Shown: piece after piece, positions 17,239 through 25,600 of the stretch
Position numbering within the stretch: the first letter of the stretch is position 1
Layout: each line of letters opens with the position of its first letter
From: Patescibacteria group bacterium
Lineage (GTDB): Bacteria > Patescibacteriota > Gracilibacteria > UBA1369 > JAHJTR01
Direction: 5' to 3'
Assembly: GCA_018829865.1 (NCBI GenBank)
Contig: JAHJTR010000047.1
Coordinates: 1 to 27,463 of the forward strand
Length of the DNA stretch: 27,463 bases
Position numbers and translations under genes: made by a program
The notes under the pieces: model-generated
Seen by the model: the letters and a program-made list of their open reading frames with translations, nothing else
The model's database searches: none
Told to the model about the DNA's origin: nothing

Positions 17239-17997
17239 ATGAAAGTAAGACTCGACGACCTTTTAGTAACAAAAGGCATATCCACAAGTAAATCAAAGGC
17301 ACAAACGCTCATTAAAAGCGGGGGAGTTCAAATTGCCGAAATAACGGTTATAAAACCCGGAAGATTAATCAACTCCGGCACAGAAATCCAAGTCTCCAAG
17401 AATAAAATCTCAAAGTCACAAAAGTATGTAGGCAGAGGAGCCTTAAAGCTGGAAGCGGCAATAAAAGAGTTCAAAATCCCCATCAAAGATAAAATCGCCG
17501 TCGATCTGGGAGCTTGCACAGGCGGTTTTACCGATTATTTACTGCAAAAAGGCGCAAAAAAGGTCTTTGCAATCGATGTTGGGCACGATCAACTGGCTCA
17601 GAAACTGAAAAATGATCCTCGAGTGATTAATTTGGAAGGAGTAAACATCAGAAACCCGCTTCCGAGCAAAGTACCGAAAAATGTCGATCTCGCGGTAGCT
17701 GATCTCTCTCACATTTCCTTAAAATTAGTACTCAAAAATATTTTTGCTCTTGTGCGGAGTGGAGGTGACATCATTCTCCTCATAAAACCTCAATTTGAAG
17801 CAGGCCCAGGCATAGTGAACAAGCAAGGAATTATAAAAGAGGATGAAATACGCGAAAAAATTGTTGCAGATTTCATAAAATGGTGTACAGATAACAATTA
17901 TCAACACAAAAAACTCATTAAATCACCTATACAAGGCAAAACCGGCAATATCGAATATTTAGCCTGGTTTAAATCTACTGACTCTCAACAGGAGTAG
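17239..17997 (+). CDS. tlyA: TlyA-family rRNA 2'-O-methyltransferase (S4 + FtsJ-like domains; 252 aa)
   Basis: N-terminal RLDDLLV S4 domain, YVGRGALKL, DLGACTGGFTD, IDVGHDQL, LIKPQFEAG, SPIQGKTGNIEY. Confidence 0.93.
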   Translation: MKVRLDDLLVTKGISTSKSKAQTLIKSGGVQIAEITVIKPGRLINSGTEIQVSKNKISKSQKYVGRGALKLEAAIKEFKIPIKDKIAVDLGACTGGFTDYLLQKGAKKVFAIDVGHDQLAQKLKNDPRVINLEGVNIRNPLPSKVPKNVDLAVADLSHISLKLVLKNIFALVRSGGDIILLIKPQFEAGPGIVNKQGIIKEDEIREKIVADFIKWCTDNNYQHKKLIKSPIQGKTGNIEYLAWFKSTDSQQE

Positions 17998-18511
17998 AAA
18001 GCCATTTTAAAAACAATTTAATCGAAATAAACAAAGACAAACCGCAAATTGCCAGCAGACCGCTCGCAACATAAAAAATGGTGTTCAAAGATGACGTATA
18101 AAAAATCAGAACCAAAATAGCTGCAAGCAAAAACGTATTAACCATCAAATAAATAGACATCACTTTTACCTGCCACAAGCCAAACAAAGTATTCTTTTTT
18201 TGACTGCTCTTAATGGTTGATAACCAAGTAAAAAACTTAGCATTCTTATTTTTGGAAAGCGAAAATTTCTTAGTCCACCAAAGGCAAAAACTGCTAAATC
18301 CATCCACCATGGCAATCAAAAACACAACACTTTGCAAAAGAACAATCCAATAAGTCGCAATAACCTGCCAAATCAAGCTACCGGCATGAATATCCAAGCT
18401 CAACGTTTGAGCCATATTTACCTTAAAAGCTACAGAAAAATACCAAGCAATAGCCAAAGTAATCACATGATAAAACAGCAGCAGCCACTTCTTAAACTTA
18501 ATTTTTTGCAT
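17975..18511 (-). CDS. Hypothetical integral membrane protein, about 4 TM helices (178 aa)
   Basis: Four hydrophobic segments. Start placed at ATG 18511 (MQKIKFKKWLL) rather than 18568. Its 3' end overlaps tlyA by 23 bp. Confidence 0.65.
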   Translation of the reverse strand: MQKIKFKKWLLLFYHVITLAIAWYFSVAFKVNMAQTLSLDIHAGSLIWQVIATYWIVLLQSVVFLIAMVDGFSSFCLWWTKKFSLSKNKNAKFFTWLSTIKSSQKKNTLFGLWQVKVMSIYLMVNTFLLAAILVLIFYTSSLNTIFYVASGLLAICGLSLFISIKLFLKWLSTPVESQ

Positions 18512-18656
18512 AATTTTTTTTAATTTATATTTAACATAAATATAATGCCGGAATGATATAATTGGCAAGAGAGGCTTGAAATAATGTAATTTTTTATTCT
18601 AATGCACGTTATTATTAAACAGTCACAATATCAATTAGTAATGAATAATAAAAAAC

Positions 18657-18684
18657 TTGACAATATTCGAAAAACAGATATAAT
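18657..18684 (+). promoter_or_regulatory. Consensus sigma70 promoter of the 870-aa gene
   Basis: Exact TTGACA (18657-18662), N16, TATAAT (18679-18684). Confidence 0.75.
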
Positions 18685-18726
18685 CACTACTTCTATAATT
18701 ACTAATAAAACTTAATTTTAAAAAAT

Positions 18727-21339
18727 ATGGTACCTGAAGACAAATTATTATTTGATGCCTTAAAAGAAGCTCTATTATCTGAAGATCTACAAAACGGCAG
18801 CTTGGAAGATGATGGTAATACAGATGAAGATTTAATAACTGTTGCAAGTTCTATTAATAGAGATACGCGGGAAATTGAGGAGGCAAAAAAAAACAAAGTC
18901 GAGGCAGAAAAAAACAGAGCAACAGCAGATATTCCTGTGTTTCCGGGCGACAAGTGTGCAGTGAATCCGGAAGCTCTTATGCGTGAACCTACCGAGCTTG
19001 AGAAAAAAAGAAATCTCATAATAGGGTCACTGATCGCTAGAATAGGGATCGATAATACAAACCCTATGCATAGTCTTTTGTTTAATCTCCTTAGTACACA
19101 TAATTCATCAATTTGGCAGTTTTCAAGATTAAAAGCAGATTTATCAAAAGGCAGAGTTGCCATGGATTTTAGCTTAATTGCAAGAGCAACAGAAAATAAC
19201 CCTCACATTAGGAAATTATCTGAACAAATTTCTAATCACGATGCAATCACCTATGAGTATCTCATAAGAATATCTATTTTTCATCTTTTTCCAAAACTGA
19301 GGGAGGAGGCCGTATCAATTGAAGCTGGCGATATTGATGAATTAATAGCTAAAGCAATACTATCGGTCGAACCAGCTGGAAAATCCAAAAAAGGTTTAAT
19401 CAGCGAAGAACAATTCCGAGAGATGGATTCAGTCCTTGGTTTGGAGGTTCCATTAGAGCAGCAAACCATAGTACTGTGTACAGCCAGGGACGGGCATAAA
19501 ATTATTGCGCCAATAGCACAACTTCTCAGTGCGGAGCAAAATGATCAACTGGCAGCGCGATATGCTTCATTAAGTGAAGATCTGATATTTGCTGAACCGG
19601 TTATGCTTGAAAAAACAATAAAGCCGGATAAATTATCCCGGACTGAAAAAGAAAGAGATACTATTCCGGAATTTCAGACTGTATCTATGCGACAAAGGGA
19701 AGAAGAATTGGATATTCCACCAATGGACATGGACTTTATGTCAGATAGTAATAAACAGATTGAACAACCAGGAATAGTTGATACAGCTTATACAGCTGAA
19801 GTAGATGCTAGGAATAAAGAAATAGCGCTGCTCTATAAAAAAACAAGCCAGCAGCCTCAGTTTAAAGATGCCGAAACAGAAGGTTCGGGCCACAAAGAAA
19901 AAATCAAAGCTGTCACAGCTAAACATTATGCAGAAGCAAATAAAACACCATTATCCAGGTTTAAAAAAATAGGAGCCATTAGTGCTGGAGTAGTTGCTGC
20001 AGTTGGAGCAAGCGTCTTAATGCCTAATCCTCCATCCCTAAGAAATAATTCAATACCTACCGCAAAAGTTGATACCAGACCGGCACCCAAAGCCCCAGAT
20101 TTAAGCAGGGTAAGAAATATCATTACGGCTTCTTCACAGATTAATCTACCGGACCCTCCACCATCTACACCTGTAGTCGCCGCAAGAGACGTAGATTGGA
20201 GTAAATTCAACCCATACGCAAGTAAAGAAGATGCAGCCAAAGCATCGCCCGCCCCTCAAAAACAAGTCAAAATAAATATTCCTGAACCTTCTAGTACAAG
20301 CGATCGACCATCATCAATGAGCCAAAAAGATTACAGAACCGCAATTGACGTCCATACATCGGCCACAAGCTCCAACGCAAAACAATTAATGAAAACAGGA
20401 ACTCTAAACGTACCCGGTACAGGATTCCAAGACGGATTAATGACCGCCATGACAGAATATGCGTTTAACTACGGAAACAACAAAGCCGTTGACACTCTCT
20501 TTAAACGATATTTTGCAGATGAAGGATTAAACAATCTCTGGCATCGAGCAAAAAACGACCCTGATCTTAAGTCACAGTTTGACGAATTCTACAAAGCACT
20601 CGGTGGAGTAGGTGAAAACCCCGAGCTTGGAATGCCAAAACAAGTTCAGCTATTTGAAGCCATTAAAAAACTTCAAGCAACCAACCAAGTAGCCAAAGCA
20701 GTTGTATCTGTTATGGAAGCTGCCGGATTTAAAATCGATAATTACAACGGTAAAAAAACCGCCGCAGCCGGAACAACCATCTTTAGCAGAGCACTGGATG
20801 CCATCGATTCAAGTACAAAATCTGCCGTTGCAGATGCTGGCAGTATGTTTGACAATTTAATCGCAAAGGCAAAAAATTCATATGATAATGCCCAAAAAGC
20901 ACTAAATCCTGAAGCAGCCAGAAAGGCTGAATATGCAGGAATGTCATTTGAAGAAAAAAATAGGATTCGCCTAAATCAGTTTCCTATCGATTTGCGTCAA
21001 GCAAGAGATACAGGTGAAATTGACGCAGTCTTGGCAACCCATAAGGCAGCAGCAAATAATGAAGAGATTATGGATGCCTTGTTGAATGGCGATCTCACCA
21101 AAGCAAAGCAAATTCTCGATTTCGAAAACTCACCGCATACAAGAGCCGAGGCTTGGGTAGTCAATGCCGGCAATAATAAAACTTACGCCAATTTTGCCAA
21201 AGACTTCAATGCAGCCATGTTCGCAGGTAAAGTTGATATAACAAAAGATTGGGCGCAACAAATTGCCAGATATTTAGATAGAGGTGATTATGAAACAGCT
21301 ATGTTCGCCTACGACATCAACCCGCAAGGGTTAGCATAA
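18727..21339 (+). CDS. Large hypothetical single-pass membrane protein (870 aa)
   Basis: Acidic N-terminal half, a central hydrophobic segment (KKIGAISAGVVAAVGASVLMP) preceded by basic residues, a Pro/Ser/Thr-rich linker, and an Ala-rich helical C-terminal half. Confidence 0.85.
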   Translation: MVPEDKLLFDALKEALLSEDLQNGSLEDDGNTDEDLITVASSINRDTREIEEAKKNKVEAEKNRATADIPVFPGDKCAVNPEALMREPTELEKKRNLIIGSLIARIGIDNTNPMHSLLFNLLSTHNSSIWQFSRLKADLSKGRVAMDFSLIARATENNPHIRKLSEQISNHDAITYEYLIRISIFHLFPKLREEAVSIEAGDIDELIAKAILSVEPAGKSKKGLISEEQFREMDSVLGLEVPLEQQTIVLCTARDGHKIIAPIAQLLSAEQNDQLAARYASLSEDLIFAEPVMLEKTIKPDKLSRTEKERDTIPEFQTVSMRQREEELDIPPMDMDFMSDSNKQIEQPGIVDTAYTAEVDARNKEIALLYKKTSQQPQFKDAETEGSGHKEKIKAVTAKHYAEANKTPLSRFKKIGAISAGVVAAVGASVLMPNPPSLRNNSIPTAKVDTRPAPKAPDLSRVRNIITASSQINLPDPPPSTPVVAARDVDWSKFNPYASKEDAAKASPAPQKQVKINIPEPSSTSDRPSSMSQKDYRTAIDVHTSATSSNAKQLMKTGTLNVPGTGFQDGLMTAMTEYAFNYGNNKAVDTLFKRYFADEGLNNLWHRAKNDPDLKSQFDEFYKALGGVGENPELGMPKQVQLFEAIKKLQATNQVAKAVVSVMEAAGFKIDNYNGKKTAAAGTTIFSRALDAIDSSTKSAVADAGSMFDNLIAKAKNSYDNAQKALNPEAARKAEYAGMSFEEKNRIRLNQFPIDLRQARDTGEIDAVLATHKAAANNEEIMDALLNGDLTKAKQILDFENSPHTRAEAWVVNAGNNKTYANFAKDFNAAMFAGKVDITKDWAQQIARYLDRGDYETAMFAYDINPQGLA

Positions 21340-21374
21340 ATATACGACATCTACCCGCAAGGTTTACGATAAAT
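21310..21374. repeat. Imperfect tandem repeat (two 32-bp copies, period 33) spanning the stops of two convergent genes
   Basis: 21310-21341 TACGACATCAACCCGCAAGGGTTAGCATAAAT versus 21343-21374 TACGACATCTACCCGCAAGGTTTACGATAAAT; 28/32 identical. Confidence 0.85.
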
Positions 21375-22130
21375 CGCATAAAAACAGGATGCAAGCTTAC
21401 CGGCCATCCTGTTTTTTTTCATAAAAAAATCAAAATACTTAATCCAAAAAGTCAGTAAGCCCCAAAAGTTAATCCCCAGCTTATAAAGTCTTTCACTACC
21501 AAAGCTCGTAAGTATCGCCAGGTATTCTCTGATAATCCGGCTCAGCGTCGCACTCGGACCCACCGAAACTCCAAAATCAATCTCATGATAATTTTTAAAC
21601 AACGCTTTAATCCCATTTTCAGTATAACGCCGATAATCCCCCGAAGCCGCATGAGTCGGCCGCAAAAAAGAAATATTGACATACAAATATCCACCGGGCT
21701 TCAGCGCCCGATAAACATGCTCAAGCGCATCAGCCGGCTTTTTCGTATGCTCCAGCGCATCCACCAGCAAAATCGCATCCAAACAATCATTTTTAAACGG
21801 CAATTCCTGCAAATCCGCCACAAAATCCACATTCGAATAGTAACAATTATCCAAATTTCTCACGCCACCATGCAAGGCTTTAAGCCCTTTCAGCCTAGAT
21901 CCGACATTCAAAATTTTAGCATCGTGAGGTAATTTTTTAAGGAGGCCCTCAATCTCGGCCCCTTCATCAAACGAATCCCGCAAATCAACATTACTCCCAC
22001 ACTCCTCCACAAAAATCGGCACCCCCGCCCCAATCGTCGGCACAATATACGAGCAATCAGCACACTTAAAGTTGGGCAACTCCCGCCGCAGCTCACTAAA
22101 ACACTTCGGACACTGTAATAAATTCTCCAT
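21351..22130 (-). CDS. Class I SAM-dependent methyltransferase with N-terminal zinc ribbon (259 aa)
   Basis: CPKC...CADC ribbon, ILNVGS motif I, ADLQELPF, DAILLVDALEH, RALKPGG. Confidence 0.85.
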   Translation of the reverse strand: MENLLQCPKCFSELRRELPNFKCADCSYIVPTIGAGVPIFVEECGSNVDLRDSFDEGAEIEGLLKKLPHDAKILNVGSRLKGLKALHGGVRNLDNCYYSNVDFVADLQELPFKNDCLDAILLVDALEHTKKPADALEHVYRALKPGGYLYVNISFLRPTHAASGDYRRYTENGIKALFKNYHEIDFGVSVGPSATLSRIIREYLAILTSFGSERLYKLGINFWGLLTFWIKYFDFFMKKNRMAGKLASCFYAIYRKPCG

Positions 22131-22264
22131 TTTTTAGATTTGTTTTACCTGAATTTATAGCAAAAACCCATTCTCCACAACAAAACATAAAACTCACGCC
22201 GAACCGAAAACTTTTGATCTACCGCATTAACCGCACATCCCAAATCAAAAACGCCCAGATTTAC

Positions 22265-22293
22265 TTTACAAGCCCCCCCATTCCCGCTAATTT
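22265..22293 (+). promoter_or_regulatory. Putative promoter of tRNA-Ser(TGA)
   Basis: TTTACA-N17-TAATTT with a GC-rich spacer, 17 bp upstream of the tRNA. Confidence 0.5.
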
Positions 22294-22310
22294 ATGTAAG
22301 CAAATTCTGC

Positions 22311-22400
22311 GGAGAGATGGCAGAGTGGTCGAACGCGGCGGTCTTGAAAACCGTTAGACTCGCAAGGGTCTCCTGGGTTCGAATCCCAGTCTCTCCGCCA
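22311..22400 (+). tRNA. tRNA-Ser (anticodon TGA)
   Basis: Acceptor GGAGAGA/TCTCTCC, G discriminator, CCA, anticodon stem-loop GCGGT-CTTGAAA-ACCGT, long variable arm, T-loop TTCGAAT. Confidence 0.97.
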
Positions 22401-22401
22401 C

Positions 22402-22620
22402 GTCGGAGCTCCCTCTACATCTACGAAAATCCGCTTCGCGTATTTTCTCCGATTTCGAGGTCCCTCCTCCTCCCCCCACAAAATACTGCTCAGCTCATCA
22501 GAAAGATGTTCGCTGCGCTCACAACTTTCTGATGGCTTCCGCTCGCATTTTGCGGGGACCCCGAGAGGTTGAGTTGGTACAGACTTAGCTCGCTTCAATG
22601 AGTTGGAGCTGCGCTTTTTA
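22402..22620. other. GC-rich multi-hairpin non-coding element 3' of tRNA-Ser(TGA), bounded by REP-like heads
   Basis: Nested stems GGTCCC/GGGACC, CAAAAT/ATTTTG and CATCAGAAAG/CTTTCTGATG. Separate hairpin GAAAAT-C-CGC-TTC-GCG-T-ATTTTC. Heads GTCGGAGC at 22402 and GTTGGAGC at 22602. Confidence 0.6.
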
Positions 22621-23006
22621 CATTTTTGTTTGGATACAGAGGAAGCTGCTTGGGATCAGCAGGGCATCATAAAGTGCTACAGATTCTGTTCAAAGAGGCG
22701 ATAGGCGGTTTCGCAAAGAGAATATTTTGGCGCTTTTGAAAAACAATGATTTCAACCAATAACATTGGCAATGCGGCTACACCAAAGCCGGCGAGATATA
22801 GTGGGAGTCCGGCCCGGATGAACAACATGAATGTTACCTTTTTATAAAGTCCATTTCACAGGCCAATCACCTCCATTATTTATCAAATCAATAAAATTCT
22901 GCTAAAATAACCCTGAAAAATCCTTCTTCAAATATTATGAGCACCTGGAAAAAATCGCCCCCGCCGCTTATTGAATTCTTCAAGAAATAATTTAATTTTT
23001 CATACT

Positions 23007-24146
23007 ATGAGTGAAAATCAGAATTTCGGTATGGACACTCTCGCAATTCACGGAGGGATCAACCACACCAACTTCAACGAACACGTTTTTCCCTTGTTTC
23101 AGACATCAACTTTCATGTTCGAAAACACCGAACAAGGTGCCAGAAGATTTGCCGGTGAAGAGACGGGCTACATTTATACCCGCATGGGCAACCCCACAGT
23201 CGAAATTTTAGAAAAAAAACTTGCGCTTTTAGAAGAAGGAGCAGTAGGCCGCATCTACCCAACAGGAATGGCCGCAATCAGCAGTCCTTTACTAGGATTC
23301 CTAGGAGCAGGCGATCATCTGATAACAGAGAGCATCATTTATGGCTGCACAGATAGCCTTTTCAGAAAGCAATTCGAGCGTTTCGGCATAGAGGTCAGCT
23401 TCATTGATTCAGTTGATTGCAACCAAATAGTTGATCATATCAAAGACAACACAAAAGCGGTTTTTCTCGAAACTCCATCAAACCCCACAATGAAAACCTG
23501 CGATATTAAAAAAGTCTGCGCCGATGTTAAAGCCAAAAATCCCGATATTAAAATTGTGGTCGACAACACTTTCGCAACCCCAATTTATCAGAAACCCCTC
23601 AAAATGGGCGCCGATATCGTGATTCACAGTTGCACAAAATATATTAACGGGCACGGCGATGTTGTAGCCGGTGCAGCGGTTTTCAAGGATAAAAATATGG
23701 CCGACATGAATCACACCCAGTTGGATATTGGCACAACAGTAAGCCCTTTTGATGCTTGGTTGATGATTAGAGGAGTTAAAACGCTGCCGCTACGAATGGA
23801 GCGCCACACTCAAAACGCCAAGAAGGTCACCGAATATTTAAAAAACCATGAAAAAGTCGACACCGTAGCCTACCCGGGATTTTCAGGTATGATCGCATTC
23901 GAACTCAAAGAGGGAGTTGAGGCTGGTAAAAAACTTTTAAATAGCGTTAAAATGATTGGGCTTGCCGTAAGCCTAGGCAATGTTGATTCTCTCATTCAAC
24001 ACCCCGCCAGCATGACACACGCAATAATTCCCAAAGAACAACGCGAAAAAATCGGCATCACAGACGGGTTAGTCAGGCTATCGGTTGGCATAGAAAACGT
24101 TGAAGACATTATCGCCGACCTGGATCAGGCATTAAATAACAGTTAG
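23007..24146 (+). CDS. mdeA: Methionine gamma-lyase (Cys/Met metabolism PLP enzyme, 379 aa)
   Basis: YTRMGNPT, the MGL-type YGCT motif, LETPSNP, VVDNTFATP, PLP-lysine HSCTKY, LIQHPASMTH, RLSVGIE. Start placed at ATG 23007. Confidence 0.85.
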   Translation: MSENQNFGMDTLAIHGGINHTNFNEHVFPLFQTSTFMFENTEQGARRFAGEETGYIYTRMGNPTVEILEKKLALLEEGAVGRIYPTGMAAISSPLLGFLGAGDHLITESIIYGCTDSLFRKQFERFGIEVSFIDSVDCNQIVDHIKDNTKAVFLETPSNPTMKTCDIKKVCADVKAKNPDIKIVVDNTFATPIYQKPLKMGADIVIHSCTKYINGHGDVVAGAAVFKDKNMADMNHTQLDIGTTVSPFDAWLMIRGVKTLPLRMERHTQNAKKVTEYLKNHEKVDTVAYPGFSGMIAFELKEGVEAGKKLLNSVKMIGLAVSLGNVDSLIQHPASMTHAIIPKEQREKIGITDGLVRLSVGIENVEDIIADLDQALNNS

Positions 24147-24231
24147 TTCGAGAAAATATTTCAAAACAATTCATTGTCCCCCATAACTAAAAATTCTATA
24201 CTTCCAACGTAAAATTATTAACCTCAAGAAT

Positions 24232-24753
24232 ATGGCAAGAATAAAATTACAGGATGAAGATACAAATGATCCGGAAATTCACAAAATCTTTAAAGAAATC
24301 AAAGCAAAAGCAGGTAAAGTACCTGCCGCGTATCGTGCATTTGCCAGGCATGCACATATTCTTCAAGCAAATTGGAATAGGACAAAAAATATTCTTGAAA
24401 AAGGGAATATCGATATTAAAGAAAAAGAAGCGATTGCAACAAGAGTATCAGCCGCAAATGAGTGCCATTTTTGCTTGGCAATTCATAAAGGGAATTTGGA
24501 GAAATTAGGTTTAAATGCCAGCGATATCCAATCAATTGAAAAAAATGAGGTCAAGGACGAAAAATTAAACTTTGTATTGAAATTTGTAACTACCGCAACA
24601 AAAAATCCCTCAAAAATAACAGACCATGACTTCGAAAAGCTAAAAGAATTCGGTTATTCAGAAGAAGATATTGTCGAAATACTAACGGTGATGGAAATGT
24701 ATACGGGTTACAACAAGATAATAGTAGCTCTGGGTTTGCAATTAGAAGATTAA
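24232..24753 (+). CDS. Carboxymuconolactone decarboxylase / AhpD-like peroxidase-related protein (173 aa)
   Basis: KEAIATRVSAANECHFCLAIH (CxxC plus His). All-helical AhpD-type layout. Confidence 0.85.
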   Translation: MARIKLQDEDTNDPEIHKIFKEIKAKAGKVPAAYRAFARHAHILQANWNRTKNILEKGNIDIKEKEAIATRVSAANECHFCLAIHKGNLEKLGLNASDIQSIEKNEVKDEKLNFVLKFVTTATKNPSKITDHDFEKLKEFGYSEEDIVEILTVMEMYTGYNKIIVALGLQLED

Positions 24754-24766
24754 TTATTAAAAAAAA

Positions 24767-25243
24767 ATGTTCCAACCAAACGAAAAATTCATGCGCCTGG
24801 CTATAGAAAAAGCCAGGGAGGGGATTAAAGCAGGTCAAACCCCATTCGGCGCCTGCATTGTTAAAGACGACAAAGTAATCTGCACCGAGCACAACGTAGT
24901 GTGGGACACAACAGATATCACAGCCCACGGCGAGGTGAACGCCATCAGAGTTGCCTGCAAAAAAATGGATGCAATAGATCTAACCGGCTGCCAAATTTAC
25001 TCAACTTGCGAGCCATGCCCTATGTGTTTCAGCGCAATCCACTGGGCAAAAATCGACACAATTATATTTGGAGCCAGCATTCAAGACGCCTCAGATGCGG
25101 GATTTAACGAGCTGTACATAAATAATCAGCAAATGAAAGAAATCGGCAAAAGCCCTCTTACAATAATCCCAAACTTCATGCAAGACGAATGCATTGAGCT
25201 TTTTAGTGAGTGGGGGAGTCAGCTGGATAAAAAAGCCTATTAA
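24767..25243 (+). CDS. Zinc-dependent nucleoside/nucleobase deaminase, guanine deaminase-like (158 aa)
   Basis: PFGACIV, HGE Zn/catalytic motif, CEPCPMC, AIHWAKI. Exact substrate not determinable. Confidence 0.88.
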   Translation: MFQPNEKFMRLAIEKAREGIKAGQTPFGACIVKDDKVICTEHNVVWDTTDITAHGEVNAIRVACKKMDAIDLTGCQIYSTCEPCPMCFSAIHWAKIDTIIFGASIQDASDAGFNELYINNQQMKEIGKSPLTIIPNFMQDECIELFSEWGSQLDKKAY

Positions 25244-25270
25244 AACTCAGCCGAGATTTATCCTTCATCC

Positions 25271-25312
25271 GTTCAAATCAGCTTGAACAAAAAGCGGATT
25301 TTAGGATACAAT
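25271..25312 (+). promoter_or_regulatory. Putative feoAB promoter with an overlapping palindrome
   Basis: TTGAAC (25283-25288)-N18-TACAAT (25307-25312). The palindrome GTTCAA-N6-TTGAAC covers the -35. Confidence 0.4.
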
Positions 25313-25338
25313 TACAAACTTTTATCAACCTCCAAAAC

Positions 25339-25575
25339 ATGAACGAACTAAATCTGATAAGTCTCAAAAATGGCGAAAAAGCTGAAATCATTAATCTGAA
25401 TGCAGGGCTTAATCTAAATCAAAAATTAAGTTCTCTTAATCTCAGGCCGGGCAAAATCATCAAAAAAATTGCCACCCACCCACTTAAAGGCCCGATTATT
25501 ATTAGCGTAGATAACACAACAATAAGTCTCGGAAGGGGAATGGCAGAGCAAATTTTCCTAAAAAAAATCACCTAA
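25339..25575 (+). CDS. feoA: Ferrous iron transport protein A (78 aa)
   Basis: SH3-like FeoA pattern (KLSSLNLRPG, PLKGPIII, ISLGRGMA), directly upstream of feoB. Confidence 0.92.
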   Translation: MNELNLISLKNGEKAEIINLNAGLNLNQKLSSLNLRPGKIIKKIATHPLKGPIIISVDNTTISLGRGMAEQIFLKKIT

Positions 25576-25600
25576 AAACTTTCTTAAATAAAAGAGTAAA

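Noticed and set aside
20002-20010. REP head GTTGGAGCA inside the 870-aa gene
   Set aside because: It encodes V-G-A of the TM segment, and no complementary arm follows; a chance match.
16244-22400. Integrated element bounded by attL/attR tRNA-Ser copies
   Set aside because: Both tRNAs are complete with different anticodons (GCT, TGA). The similarity is ordinary isoacceptor similarity, there is no integrase, and tlyA inside looks like a core gene.
22287-22598. 103-aa and 71-aa ORFs over tRNA-Ser(TGA)
   Set aside because: They overlap a complete tRNA and the palindromic element; spurious.
22790-22885. SAM-I riboswitch upstream of methionine gamma-lyase
   Set aside because: Partial look-alikes of the P2 region exist (GGGAGTCCGGCCCGGATGAA on +, TGGAGGTGATTGGCCTGTGAA on -), but the ATC.AGAG P1 start, GCAACC, GGTGC and the closing GAT are missing.
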